IMG/VR virus record: IMGVR_UViG_3300021962_000036
Location: 32,001 to 96,000 of that record
Direction: 5' to 3' (one strand)
Source: a virus
DNA length: 64,000 nt
A model generated the notes under the pieces. That model was not told the DNA's origin, did no database searches, and saw only the letters and a list, made by a program, of their open reading frames with translations. Shown here piece after piece: positions 29,701 through 41,000 of this stretch. The position numbers were made by a program, and so were the translations under genes. Each line of letters begins with the position of its first letter. Within the stretch, counting starts at the first letter, position 1.

Positions 29701-32700
29701 ACAAGGTGTAATTTATCATGAAGCTTTCCACGGTGTATTCAGATTCTTAATGAGTTCTGAAGAAAGACAAAATCTTATCAATGCTGTTTCTGATAATAAA
29801 AAGCATGCTGGTAAGTTCACAGAAAGCGCTCTAAAGGAGTTTGCACGTCAACGCAACTATGTGTATAACAAAGAAGAAATGACGCGCTTACAGGCAGAAG
29901 AAATTCTAGCTGATGGATTCCAAAACTACATGTTAAAGAATACTAAACCAAAAGGTATTCTTGGTCAGTTTATGGCAATGCTTAAAAAGTTATTGGCAAT
30001 GTTTGCTTCTAAAGGAGCTTACATTGATAACGTGTATGGTAAAATCAAAAACGGTCAATATAGAAATGAGGTAATCTCTTCTGGTATACATGAAGGTCAA
30101 ATAGCTTATGAATTAATACCAGGACTTAAGCAGGTAGTATCAACCCCAGCAGGTGTTGGGCAAAGAACAAGTGTCTTGTCTAAAGCAGATCAAGATCAAC
30201 TTGTAAACATGCTTGCAGGATATGTAATTGAAGATGGTCAAAAAGAAGCATTCTCTACAAAATTTGATAGAATTGCTCAGTTAGTATTAGACTATGAATA
30301 TAACATGGATGTTTTGTTAAGAACAAACTCTGAGTTATTTAAGTCTAACCCTGGCCTTAAGGAAAAAGTAATCAAAACAATGGGACCTTTGTATGCTAAC
30401 TACAGATTTATGTTGGGAGCTAGAGCAAAAGGTGAAGCATTGTATGATTTAAATACAACAGATAATCCATCTTATGACAACAGGTTTAACAAAAACAATT
30501 CTGTTAAAGTATATGGTGAAGAAGAAGCACAGGATAATCACTTGGGTCAAGTGTCATATGAGATGCTTAAAAAACAAGTTAAAGAGCAAGTTGATAAAGT
30601 AAACTCTATTCTTGATGGTACTGAAAAGACTTCTGATAAAGATGTTGTTGAAAAAGAAATAGCTGGTGCAAATGAAAATACAATTGCAAATGATGATGCA
30701 GAAGACGAACAAGAAGTTTCAGAATCATCTGATTTTGATGCTTCATTCAATGAGATAAATGCATTAGAGTCTTTGCCAAGACAAATTAGAAAGTTCTTAG
30801 CAGTAGTAAGATATGACCAAGTTCACCCAACATTAGGAATTAAAGTTCCAAGAATGATTGCAGGTGAACAATTGTTTGGTTCACTTATTAAAGTATCTGC
30901 AGAGATGGACCCAAGAAATATTATTGAGCACATCAAGATTGTTGCAGAACAACAAATTGAAGATGGGTACTTTAATTCTGGAAATGACCTAATGGCTGTT
31001 TATGACAAGTTAAGTCGTTACACCAAAATGGATGAGTCAGGAACACCTCAATCTAATAAGCAATTATATAACATGATAGTTGATGTCTTACATAAGACTG
31101 AGATTGATTATGTAATGATTGATGTAAAAACATCACAAACTTTCTTGGAAGGGGATGAGGTTCTTACAGATACAAGAAACTTTACACTTGTTGATAAAGT
31201 ACATTCACAAGATGTAAATAATAAGAAAAGAAATTTAGTTACATCTGTTATTGAGATGTACAAAGAAAATAAAAATAATCCTGAGTACTTAGCTGCAGTA
31301 AATAAATTGTTGCAATTGTCACGTACAATTAAGACAAGCAGTTTTATTTTAAGTGATGTTACATCTCAAAATGCAAAATTAGAAAGTATTACTACTGAAC
31401 TACAAAAAGCATTTGAAGATGTAGGCATGAAGTTTCCTAAGTCTTTGATTAGAATGTCTGTTATGGCAATTGATCAAGTTGATAATAAAGCAACTTTAAA
31501 TATTACAGGAACTCCATTAACACATTATAATAATCACTCTAAATTTATTTCTGAGAAGAAGTATTTAGAAAAAGATTTCTTTACAGATGTGATTAATATA
31601 TTTGAAAAGATAAGTGTAAACAAAATCTCTTCAAATGACTTTGCAGTATTGCTTGATGAAAAGAATAGCAAAAGTGATACAGTTAATCGTTTTAACTCAA
31701 TCATTAAAAAAGCTGCAGAATATATTGTTAAGTATGATCCTAATGAATTACCAAGTACTGTGCGTAACGCAGAGGGTAAACCAATTTACAGATACGTAAG
31801 TTATACTCCTGCAACTATTATTGCTCAGTCTATACGTACAAAAGGTTTACTTGAAACTTTAAAAGAAGATCCTTTCTATGCAGATTTCTTAGAATCTTTC
31901 TATGCTGATAATGCAATGTTAGGTGACTTACTTAAAGGATTAGATACACAAAAAGCAAGAGAAATGAAATTGTTTATGGACAACTTCAAAGTATCATTGT
32001 TTGGAGGTGTATCTCAAACTATTGGAGAAAAACAAAAAGAAGGTAAAAGTTTTAAAAACATTGATGAAAAATCATTGTACATCACAAACATACTTACATT
32101 CTTACAAAGAACTACTGAGGCTAGTTTCAAACAAGAACTAGATGAAAATGGAAAAGTAAAAGATGTAGCTACAAAGATACAAACATATGTACGTTCCTTC
32201 TCTCAGTTAGAAGCATCTCAAACAAACTTCTTAGTGACAGCATTGTATAATCAATTTGCTGATTCTAAAGGTCTTGTTATGAATGCTGACAAACGTCTTA
32301 AAATTGTAGATACTCTTGAGGCTGTTGTAAAACAAGAATACAACCGTATTGCAAAAGAGTGGGCAAGAAGTGGTGAAAATAAAACAAACTTTGATAATGC
32401 TGACTCTAACAAAATCATTAATAAATATAATGGTGAGTTAGATAAGAATGATAAATCAAAAGCTGTTACAGATAGTTCATCATTAAGAGCTTACAAATTT
32501 AATAAGATTGCAGATTTCTTTAGTGCAAATCCAGAGTTAGAGTCTAATGAAACTAAAACTGGTTTAGCAGATTTTGCAAAAGAAGGAATTGCATTTGAAG
32601 ATCTTGATCAAGAGGTTAAAGATGCATTGCTAGATACATTGGAGAACTACGCAAAAGAACAGTTAAACAAACATGCTACTAAGCTTATTGATTTAGGTAT

Positions 32701-35700
32701 CCTGCAAAAAGCAATACAAAAACAAAGAAACTCTAAAGGCGATGTAATTACAAGAGGAGTAGGTGGGCCAGAAGCAGAAGCAATTACTTACTATACTTCT
32801 ACACTTATACCTTCTGTATTAAAAGTTGACAGTGCTCCTGCGGTATCTATTGATGGACTTTACCAAAAGACTAAAGAGAACTACAATGAGGCTGGATTTA
32901 AAATAGATTCTTCAACTGATTTAAGAGGGTTAGTTGCTGATGCTTTCTTTAATAACTGGATGAACGCATTACAATTTAATGAGATCATTGATGGTGACAT
33001 TGCAATGAACGTTAAAGATGCAACTGATTACTTTAAACGTAATAAAAAATTATTAGCTGGAGGTAGCACAATGAAAGAAGGTTACCATAAAGTAGCTTTC
33101 TTAAATACTATTGAAGGATACATCAATGAGAGCTATCCACAGTATGGTCCTTACTATTCTAAGCAAGAAGTTATTGAAGATGAATCTATTAAGTCAGATG
33201 CAGTAAGAGAAAAGATTCTTAAAGAATATGGCTCTTCTATGTATGAAATATTTGATGGTCAAAGTGTATCATCCCTTATGCATCAAATTGACATGCATGA
33301 GTCCATGGGTAGATTGAGTCCTGAAATATTACACTCTCTTATTGCTAAGCATTACCGTGAGCTTTCTGAAACAGAAATACGCGTAATGGAAGCGGGTAAG
33401 GTTGTAAACAATCCTAAGAAGACTGTTACAGCTGCAAGAAATAGTTATCATAAACAATCTGAGAACTATATTGACAGAAATGACGTAAGTGTTCTTACAC
33501 CAAAAGCTGGTCAAAAGGTTAATGATGCTTATGAAGCATTGCATGGTTTATACATGGACATTTATAACTTGCGTGGACAACGCCAAGATTTAGTTCTTGC
33601 TGGTGAATTAGGCGCTCTTACAGATATAGATAACGCTATTATAAAGAATGTAGAAGAAATTCATACATACTTTAAACCATTACCACACCGTGAGATTTTA
33701 CATAACATTTTAAATGCTATGGAGTATCATCAAGTTGATCAACTTATGGATACCACTGCATCTAAAAATGCTACAATGCTTCCTGTAGATTATGCAACAG
33801 AATCAGAAAGAATTGCAGGAAAAGATAGTTATATTAATCTTGCAATGTCTTCTTTGAGTGTAGATAATAAGTTCAAGTTCTTACAAGTAGAGACTTCTGG
33901 TGTTAAAGATAAAGCTAAGTTTTCTGTACAAAGTAAGGCCCTTATTGCTGCTGACTTAATTAATCTTGCTGAGATTGCTAGAGTTAGTGGATTAGACATT
34001 ACAGATTCTGAACAAAAAGCAATTGATAACATTGCTAGTGTTCTTGAAAATTATCAAAGCACATTAAAAGAAATTGGTGTTTCTAACTTAGCTAATTTAA
34101 AAACTATCTTGAGAAAAGATGGTGACTTTGAAGTAGGTAAAATATTTACACTTATACGTACAAGTTTAGAAGAACAGGGTGCTCCAACAGCAACATTAAA
34201 GTTATTTGATGTAGATGCTTCTGGTAAGCCAGTTCATAGTGCAAACCTTCCAGGTGTGCGCAACATGCTTGAGTATTATTTCTTTTCACAATATTCTAAA
34301 AATGTTACAGATGAAAAAGGTTCTGGTTTTAAAAATATACATATCTCTTCTTTTGGTTATAATGTACTTGAAGATGAAAATGGAAATGTTATCACTACAG
34401 AACAATATCGTAAGAATCCTACAGCTTTTGGTATAGTAAGATCAAGACCATTAGGTGTTACCATTGAAGAAGTAAATGGTGTTAAGACTTACTTTGTAGA
34501 AACAATCATGCCTAAGCCTTTATTTAAAAGTGCTGCACATGAAAGATTTTACATGGAAAACTTAACCAAAATGTTTGGTGTACGTATTCCTACAGAAGAT
34601 AAGCGTTCAATGATAGCAATCAAAGTAGTTGACTTTATTGATAGTTCTAACTTGAATGGTGTAATTGTACCACACTTTGTACATTTGCTTGCTGGTTCTG
34701 ACTTTGACGTAGATGCTTTATATGGTCAAACATTTGCACACTACTTTGATTTATCAGGTAATCCTAAGTTATATGGTGAGTATCAAGATGGAAAGAATAC
34801 AAACTTAAACAAGTATGCTGAGTTTGTTCAGTACATGAGTAAGGATGCTGATCTAAAAGCGTTAATTAAAAAAGAAACAAAAGGACTACTTGAAAATAGT
34901 TCTTATGAAATAACAGAAGAAGCTTTAAGTATTCTATACCATTCTGGATTTGATGAGTCAGATTATAATGGTGCAATGAATTTTGCAGAACTTAAAGAAT
35001 CTTATGATAATCTTGTTATTGACATTGAGGAATTGATGGAAATAAGAGATGAAGCTAAAGAAGAGTTTGTTGATGCTATTAGAAGAAATGAAGTTAATCC
35101 TTCAGATAGACGCGCACTACAAGATAGACTTGATTTAGGCAAAGAGGTAGGTGAGTATAATGAAGAACTTGGACAGAAACGTGATCAAAGAAATCAATAT
35201 GGTAGAGAAGTAAGTAGAGCTAAGCGTTTTACATTTGCAGGACTGAAAGTTGCTGCTACATTACAAGCGTTTACTAAGATGGGATTACCAACAAGTGCAC
35301 AAGCATTTGAAGCAAATCCTAACTATGCATTATCTGTACGTCCTATATTCCAAAATAAAAACTTACAAGCTAAATTAGACATTGTTTCTAATGAGGCTGT
35401 ACACAAATTCTTGTACATTCACGAAAGATCTTCTACTCAACGTTTTGAAGATATCTTAGAATCATTTGGTATTGACATTAAAGATTTCTCTACCAAATAT
35501 AATATGTACACAACTGATGGTGTAGTTTCCACAAAAGTAGGAAACGCCATGAACAAGGATGGTATTGGTATTACAGCAAACATTAACAAGTTCTTGGCTC
35601 TTGCATCTCAATATGGTTTGGAATTAAAACCTGAAAATGTTATTTGGGCATTTAAAAATGCAGATTTAGACCAAGTAAACTTGAATAAATTTGGTACATT

Positions 35701-38089
35701 AAATGCTGAAGATCAACGTGTTATAGCATTAATTGGTAACATTCTTGGTATGTTTGCGGATGGTGCTAAGAAACCTATTCCTGCAGCATTGCAAATGAAT
35801 GAGGTAAATGCTGGTGTTACACTTGCTATGATTGGTGTAGGTATGTCACCTGAGTTTGCTATTGGATTTAACTTTATACCTGAGATTAAAAAAGCAGTAC
35901 AAAGTGTTCAGTCTACAAAATATGCTATCAGTGAGTCTATGGCTACTGCATATAAATTCTTAAACAATGAGGTAGCTGAACAAATAAAATTGTTAGCTGC
36001 TGATAACAAAGATGCATTGAACAACTTAATCAGTTCAGGTTTAATATCTCCAAGATCAAATCCTTATAACATTATTATCAATAAAGACAAACTCTTAATT
36101 GATTTTAAAGCAAGAGCATTAGATCCAAAAGCAGTATTAAGTAATACATTATCTTCTACAGATATTGGTTACAAAGTATCTGCAATTGTAGAATCTAAGT
36201 CTGAAGAAAATGCTGCAGAAAAAATATTGAACAGAGTTGAACTATCTGAGGTTGAACAAAAAATGATTTTGTTACAGCTTTATAAAGAACAGGCTCAACA
36301 AACATTTGACATTAAACGCGCAGGTTCTCTTATTGACTTATTCAAAAAACTTAATCCATCTTTTGTAAACTTTGATAAGTTACTAACTAACGTTAGAAAT
36401 TTACAAGCAGGTGAAAGTATCTTTACAAGAGAAACAAGTGATAAAATATTTGAAGGCAATCAAGTATGGCCACAATTGTTAGAAGCTATTGAAGACTTAA
36501 ATGAGCAATCATCTAAAATATTCTTAGAAAGAACAGAGTTCTTTGCTCCAATTAAAAAAGCATTTGAAAGTGTATTTACTGATCAAGCTAATATTGCTAA
36601 GATTATCACAAGCTTTGTAGCATTAAGAAAATACCAAATGTCTATGCCAGGTAGCAGGATTACAGGTACAGCAATGGATGCTTTGATACAAGAAGATGAT
36701 CAAAACTTAATACAATCATTTACTCCTGAGTTCTGGTTTACAAATGATTTAGCAGGAGAATTAGAGGATATGCAAAAAAGATATCCTCAGAATAAGTTCT
36801 TGCAATTACTAAGACCTGATATATCTGATAACAAAGTATTCTTGAAGTCTGGTGGTTATCTAAATGAAAGAAGTATTAAGATGATCAACAAATCTAAGAT
36901 TTCAGGTAAGTTGGCAGACGAGGTATCAGATGACGCAGATTTCTTATTGAGAAATGAGAATATGTTTATGAAGAAGTTATTCTATCATGAGCTTGCTAAA
37001 ACTGGTATGCAATACAAATCAGGTTCTTTCTTACAGTATATGAATCCTGAAATGCAATTAGATTTATCTGGTTACATTGAAACATTCATTTCTAAACTTG
37101 AAGAAACAAAGGGTGACCGTTACAAGTTAATTAGTGCTATTCAAGAATTTTTAGGTAAAGAAGTTACTGAGAAAGAAGTTTATGATTTGTTTGATGAACT
37201 GTTTGTTCAAATGGCTCAAGCTGCAAGTAAAGAAGTTGGTAATACCAAAATTAAAATTGCAGATCCACTATCATTGAACAACATGTCAAACATAATGACA
37301 TCACTTCAGTTTGAAGAAGGGACCAAAGATAGAGAACGCAGAGCTGTTGCTAGAGAAGTAATAGCTAGAGTTACAGGTCAACTTACAGAAGGTGATGCTA
37401 TGCGTGTAAGATTGGTTGACACAATAGATAAAAAACCAGTAGAAATATTGGATATTAACATGGATGTACCTAAAGATGTTGCACAAGCATCTAAGAAAAC
37501 TGTAGATGAGATTGGCAAGAAGTTGGGTATTAGATTTAATCCTATTGATGAGGTATATCAATTTCCATTAATGATTTCTATTGGTAGAAGTAAATACTTA
37601 CTGCAAGGTGTTGATGATGAGATTGGTAATAATAGTTTTGGTAAAACAGTTATCAATTCTATTGTAGGGAAGGGAGAATACATCAGTAAAGGTATGTCTG
37701 CTAGATATGCATTGATTCCATCACAACTTACAGCTGGAACATTAAGTCCTATTGGGTTTACAAAAGAGAACACTAAGAAATATATGGATTATGTTTCTGG
37801 CAAGGAAAAAATGGAGTATATTGCACCAGAGATTAAAAAGTCTGAAGAATCAGTAGCAAAACTACCAGAATCTACAGAAAAACAAACTCAAGAATCTGTA
37901 ACTAAATCTCAGTTGCAAATTGATATGGACAACTTAAACTTAACTGATGAGGTTGTTAATTCTTTATATTCAGAAAGTAGTAAGAGAATGGCTCCAGATG
38001 TATTTAAAGCTGCAGCGCAAGGTATGATTGCTAACCTAAGAGCAACAATGTCAAATGAACAAATTATAGATAAAATTAAGTGCTTATAA
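26768..38089 (+). CDS. Virion-packaged DNA-dependent RNA polymerase (crAss/phi14:2 gp66-like) with a zincin-like domain
   Basis: GSDFDVD catalytic loop (DFDVD at 34700-34714), preceded by RIPT and an upstream DGQS; HEAFH at 29717-29731 and EEILA; 3773 aa. Confidence 0.85.
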   Translation: MACQIQTDKYTSVVLNLIKLDPSVYSNFDNASKFILGSALTPEQKMMSLHNMAYIYKGLAGIDNKFYNAGNAEGIISAVVLMDDPSKYVSSVSEILGVKKPSALKVESISKAIDKLSSKKNITRQDLISSEGILTSVKNYFSVTVFPTNEEREQLLNEFSTAIKTAITEHDSPQAHKDFLIKQVDEAINSLRKSSSFIPLSDIANLADLNNVLITLTNGQMVEGVRQDEQFKIITSDGSLQTVEASQILTAKDARVADNSRSNAGEQVFQEHTLLSSFSIKAVDSADQFELEKKLANMKNPQAGIKIHAVKLSDVADRRVERIQEAAKQNPKYSSLENREHETFENATQIKALQSSSSKKIMTVSRPKASEQQFVLVGEIIGSGEKFYMYSSDNFVFVSSDNTTERVDFTNPEHMELVKSLAVKNTKEGNKSLSDTDIIAMSESNKLFQGFKASLSDKVASLSDNSLDVTSEFFNAYEASSKRTDINKKQLLKNEIEVDTTLSKPLTVVTMVDGVIANTEVVSVPFIYTKVKNDPYILKPFLAKGQLIQLENGATVSQEVYASDVLGINPSEIQGKIVKPEHGNQLNILLRFNNDGTIGYRSIAPVLQMSQQVEFAKFIVSLANILQTSANRTGDIRNFDRNSYGFKFYNKAKQGPNDDNRAPLRVNFATSKAGQLQIEIRPMDKQGPYGFIAETENKNQFNFPVNEAIITNLAKALLGKGNLVNQVKEAYPALKTLDLTNTKDLVTFYEQVNKLSNSETALPVLKQLSDSIEKAQKEFAEYLVNNIINKLAERTTMFPEFVEQLKKDFTFNGVYRPELLVADTDESGVLYPRIEYAQPAERKEYREDLANFKILQANSKKFTVVPKAATPQVTKSQEVLTPIVESEKIHKQEPLNTIEDDTTDIPDIEVFSLVGDENVIVETDEQRLAASEWLSQSLPQFEIDNGSLADIIDLTKLDGTVLGAFKDRVIYLNNALKGQGVIYHEAFHGVFRFLMSSEERQNLINAVSDNKKHAGKFTESALKEFARQRNYVYNKEEMTRLQAEEILADGFQNYMLKNTKPKGILGQFMAMLKKLLAMFASKGAYIDNVYGKIKNGQYRNEVISSGIHEGQIAYELIPGLKQVVSTPAGVGQRTSVLSKADQDQLVNMLAGYVIEDGQKEAFSTKFDRIAQLVLDYEYNMDVLLRTNSELFKSNPGLKEKVIKTMGPLYANYRFMLGARAKGEALYDLNTTDNPSYDNRFNKNNSVKVYGEEEAQDNHLGQVSYEMLKKQVKEQVDKVNSILDGTEKTSDKDVVEKEIAGANENTIANDDAEDEQEVSESSDFDASFNEINALESLPRQIRKFLAVVRYDQVHPTLGIKVPRMIAGEQLFGSLIKVSAEMDPRNIIEHIKIVAEQQIEDGYFNSGNDLMAVYDKLSRYTKMDESGTPQSNKQLYNMIVDVLHKTEIDYVMIDVKTSQTFLEGDEVLTDTRNFTLVDKVHSQDVNNKKRNLVTSVIEMYKENKNNPEYLAAVNKLLQLSRTIKTSSFILSDVTSQNAKLESITTELQKAFEDVGMKFPKSLIRMSVMAIDQVDNKATLNITGTPLTHYNNHSKFISEKKYLEKDFFTDVINIFEKISVNKISSNDFAVLLDEKNSKSDTVNRFNSIIKKAAEYIVKYDPNELPSTVRNAEGKPIYRYVSYTPATIIAQSIRTKGLLETLKEDPFYADFLESFYADNAMLGDLLKGLDTQKAREMKLFMDNFKVSLFGGVSQTIGEKQKEGKSFKNIDEKSLYITNILTFLQRTTEASFKQELDENGKVKDVATKIQTYVRSFSQLEASQTNFLVTALYNQFADSKGLVMNADKRLKIVDTLEAVVKQEYNRIAKEWARSGENKTNFDNADSNKIINKYNGELDKNDKSKAVTDSSSLRAYKFNKIADFFSANPELESNETKTGLADFAKEGIAFEDLDQEVKDALLDTLENYAKEQLNKHATKLIDLGILQKAIQKQRNSKGDVITRGVGGPEAEAITYYTSTLIPSVLKVDSAPAVSIDGLYQKTKENYNEAGFKIDSSTDLRGLVADAFFNNWMNALQFNEIIDGDIAMNVKDATDYFKRNKKLLAGGSTMKEGYHKVAFLNTIEGYINESYPQYGPYYSKQEVIEDESIKSDAVREKILKEYGSSMYEIFDGQSVSSLMHQIDMHESMGRLSPEILHSLIAKHYRELSETEIRVMEAGKVVNNPKKTVTAARNSYHKQSENYIDRNDVSVLTPKAGQKVNDAYEALHGLYMDIYNLRGQRQDLVLAGELGALTDIDNAIIKNVEEIHTYFKPLPHREILHNILNAMEYHQVDQLMDTTASKNATMLPVDYATESERIAGKDSYINLAMSSLSVDNKFKFLQVETSGVKDKAKFSVQSKALIAADLINLAEIARVSGLDITDSEQKAIDNIASVLENYQSTLKEIGVSNLANLKTILRKDGDFEVGKIFTLIRTSLEEQGAPTATLKLFDVDASGKPVHSANLPGVRNMLEYYFFSQYSKNVTDEKGSGFKNIHISSFGYNVLEDENGNVITTEQYRKNPTAFGIVRSRPLGVTIEEVNGVKTYFVETIMPKPLFKSAAHERFYMENLTKMFGVRIPTEDKRSMIAIKVVDFIDSSNLNGVIVPHFVHLLAGSDFDVDALYGQTFAHYFDLSGNPKLYGEYQDGKNTNLNKYAEFVQYMSKDADLKALIKKETKGLLENSSYEITEEALSILYHSGFDESDYNGAMNFAELKESYDNLVIDIEELMEIRDEAKEEFVDAIRRNEVNPSDRRALQDRLDLGKEVGEYNEELGQKRDQRNQYGREVSRAKRFTFAGLKVAATLQAFTKMGLPTSAQAFEANPNYALSVRPIFQNKNLQAKLDIVSNEAVHKFLYIHERSSTQRFEDILESFGIDIKDFSTKYNMYTTDGVVSTKVGNAMNKDGIGITANINKFLALASQYGLELKPENVIWAFKNADLDQVNLNKFGTLNAEDQRVIALIGNILGMFADGAKKPIPAALQMNEVNAGVTLAMIGVGMSPEFAIGFNFIPEIKKAVQSVQSTKYAISESMATAYKFLNNEVAEQIKLLAADNKDALNNLISSGLISPRSNPYNIIINKDKLLIDFKARALDPKAVLSNTLSSTDIGYKVSAIVESKSEENAAEKILNRVELSEVEQKMILLQLYKEQAQQTFDIKRAGSLIDLFKKLNPSFVNFDKLLTNVRNLQAGESIFTRETSDKIFEGNQVWPQLLEAIEDLNEQSSKIFLERTEFFAPIKKAFESVFTDQANIAKIITSFVALRKYQMSMPGSRITGTAMDALIQEDDQNLIQSFTPEFWFTNDLAGELEDMQKRYPQNKFLQLLRPDISDNKVFLKSGGYLNERSIKMINKSKISGKLADEVSDDADFLLRNENMFMKKLFYHELAKTGMQYKSGSFLQYMNPEMQLDLSGYIETFISKLEETKGDRYKLISAIQEFLGKEVTEKEVYDLFDELFVQMAQAASKEVGNTKIKIADPLSLNNMSNIMTSLQFEEGTKDRERRAVAREVIARVTGQLTEGDAMRVRLVDTIDKKPVEILDINMDVPKDVAQASKKTVDEIGKKLGIRFNPIDEVYQFPLMISIGRSKYLLQGVDDEIGNNSFGKTVINSIVGKGEYISKGMSARYALIPSQLTAGTLSPIGFTKENTKKYMDYVSGKEKMEYIAPEIKKSEESVAKLPESTEKQTQESVTKSQLQIDMDNLNLTDEVVNSLYSESSKRMAPDVFKAAAQGMIANLRATMSNEQIIDKIKCL

Positions 38090-38090
38090 T

Positions 38091-41000
38091 ATGAACACAT
38101 GTCCAAATCCAAATAGTCCTGAGTGGAAAGAACTAGTAGCAAAACTAGGTGAAGGTCAGGCTATGACTGCTTATACTTTAAATGGAAACAACACTCCTTC
38201 TGTTGAAGAAGCTGAAGCATTATTAAGCAAACTTAAGGTTGAAGAAAAAGATGAACAAGTATCAAGATCTTCAGATGAGTTTAAACTACAACGTGCTGTA
38301 CAACAAAGAACTTCTTTAGAAAAACTTAAGTTCCAGGCTAATCCTAAACAGAAAGCTACAATTGATCAGCTTATCACAATGAATGATAACTATCAAGAGT
38401 TCTTAAGAAAGAACATAGAACTTGCAAAGAATGGACAACCTATTATAAAAACAGTAAGTGTTTCTAACTTTATTGGTTCTTCTGACTTTAATGTAGATCC
38501 TAAAGAGTATGAGGCGTTCAAATTATTTGGAACATTCATGCATGAGGTGTTAGAGTTGGGGCAACTTAAGTCTTTGGATACAGGAAAATCTATTTTTGAA
38601 ATTGTTGATGAAGACTTCTTTAAAGAAGCTTATGATAACTACACAAAAAAGAATCCTTTCTTTATTGAAAACTTGGATGAGTCAACCATGTTTGATATGG
38701 CAAAGCGTTTAGCAATGCATGTATCTATACACAACGACAGAGGATACATGATTCTTCCAGAGATTACAGTAACAGGTACTACCAGAACAGGGACTACAGT
38801 TATTGGACGTTTGGATTTAATGTTGGTAGATACTCAAGGACGCGTAAGTGTATTTGACTTTAAGACTAAGAAAGTAAAACGTCTTGTAGAGTATGATCCA
38901 ATTGGTCAACCAGTAATGAATGAAGATTTAGCATTTGTTGATCTTGCAGAAAAATCATTTCCTGTTTCAAATAAAGAAGGAACATCTCCTGCGTTTAGAG
39001 GTCAGGGTAGAACAGCATATGATACTTGGACATTGCAATTAAAGGTGTATGAAAATATCTTGCAGCAAAGTGGTCTTGAGGTTAACGCTCAATCTATTGT
39101 TGCTCTTATGTATCAAACAGATGATAACAAGAAGTTTGTTGGAGCTACTGTCCATGTATTTGATGAAGATAACTATTACAACTATGCAGGTTCAGCAGAT
39201 ATTCCAAATAATAATGGTCACTGGGTTGCAGATCCTACAAGAGGCGCAGACTTAATTAAAAGTCTAAGAGATGTTGTAGATAAAGAAATACCAACATCTG
39301 ATGTAGAGGAAGAAGAAAAAGCAAAAAAGGAAGCAAAACTATTGGAGTTTGAACCTACTTCTAAAAATGATGAAACATTAAGAAATAGGTTAAAGCAAAT
39401 TGTAGATGCAGAGTTAGATGAAATTGGCAAACAAATTAAAGAACTTGATTCTAACCAAAGTAATCCTGCACTTAGAGAAATATTAGCAACTAGACGTAAA
39501 ACATTAAATGATTTTAATGCTATTATGTCAAGACCTCAATCTGAAGAAGATGTAAAGTATTCAGTAAACTTAGCATTAGCTATTGAATCTGTAGGTGTTG
39601 ATTTGGAAACTTTATCAAGATTGTCAGATGAGGCAATTGTAAATTTTAAAATAAACAAAGATTCTTATACTTCAAAAGAAGGTGCACAAATTCTTGAAGC
39701 TTACAAAAAGTCTAAATCATTAGACATTATTGTAGACATTATCAAAGAAATTGTAGATGATGCTAGAAGTAATCCTGATAATAACATTACAGTTGACAGT
39801 GAAATAATGAAACGTCTTTCTGAGATGGAGTCTTCATTAGCTAGAGTACAATCAAACTTTGCAAAGGTTGCAATGCACAACAGCATTCAGGTATTAAAAA
39901 CTCCTGGAAGCAAAGTATTTGCAGAAGTAAATGCTGACATAAAAGAGGCATTACAAGCTAAGTTAATCAGTTTAAAAAAACAACTTGAAAATTTAAAAGC
40001 TGGAAAAGCTAATAGTATATTTCAGTCTATTAAATCTTCTGCTCTTTCTTTTATGAGTAAAGAGTACAAACAAAAACTTGCAGAGAAACTAGAAAAGGAT
40101 GGCAACAATGATACTCCAGGTTTAATGTTAGAGATTGAAAAGCTTGAAAAACAAATACTTACAGTTGAAGCTGTCATTGATGGTGGATTAGATTTTGATG
40201 ACGCTGCTTTAGAAAGATATATTTCTGGTGTAACAACGTCAACGTCAAATCTTTATTTAGGTTCTAACACAGCATTCAATAGTAATAGTTGGTTACAAAA
40301 CTTAATGTTAGATAAAGCAATTGCATCTGCTTCAAATAGTAGTGTTGAAATTGCAGCGTTTACAATGATGTTAAAAAATGCTGAAGGATTGGCTAGAATG
40401 GAAATTCAAAACAACCTTGCTGTGTTAAAGTTTGATCAGAAGAGAGACTCTCTTTTAAAGAGAATGTCAGTTGAACAACTTAATGAAAGAGTATCTGAGT
40501 GGAGAAAAACTACAAGTATAGATAAAGAAGGCAATCCTGTAGAGAAGAACATTCTTTATATGACCAAACCTTTTGGTGAAGAGTATGAAAATACATACAG
40601 ATCATTTAGTGCTACAATCAGACAGTTAAATAAAGAAATTTATGAAGCTAAGATTAAGTACAATGAAAACATTAAAACTGCAGAAGCACAACAATATAAA
40701 GATGCTTACCTAGCAAAGCAATCAGAAAGAGAAGCAGAAAATACCAAGTATATTAAATGGATGATGGACAATGCTCATTTACCTTTTAATGAGAAGTTTT
40801 ATGAACTGCAACTTGGAATGCCTCATGATATTAAAGATAAGTTACAAGAGAAGTATCTTGAAATTGAAACAATAACCTTCCAGGTAGGTAAAGGTAATGA
40901 AGTGCTACTTGAGGATCATGACTTTGAACGTTTGCAAGAGTTGGAGATTGAGATTAAAAAACTTAGAGTAGAAGCAAAAAAACTTAACCCAAAGTATGCA

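Noticed and set aside
40186-40206. GLDFDDA in the 38091 protein as a second RNAP catalytic motif
   Set aside because: Not DxDxD and lacks the preceding RxP context; it lies in a helical region.
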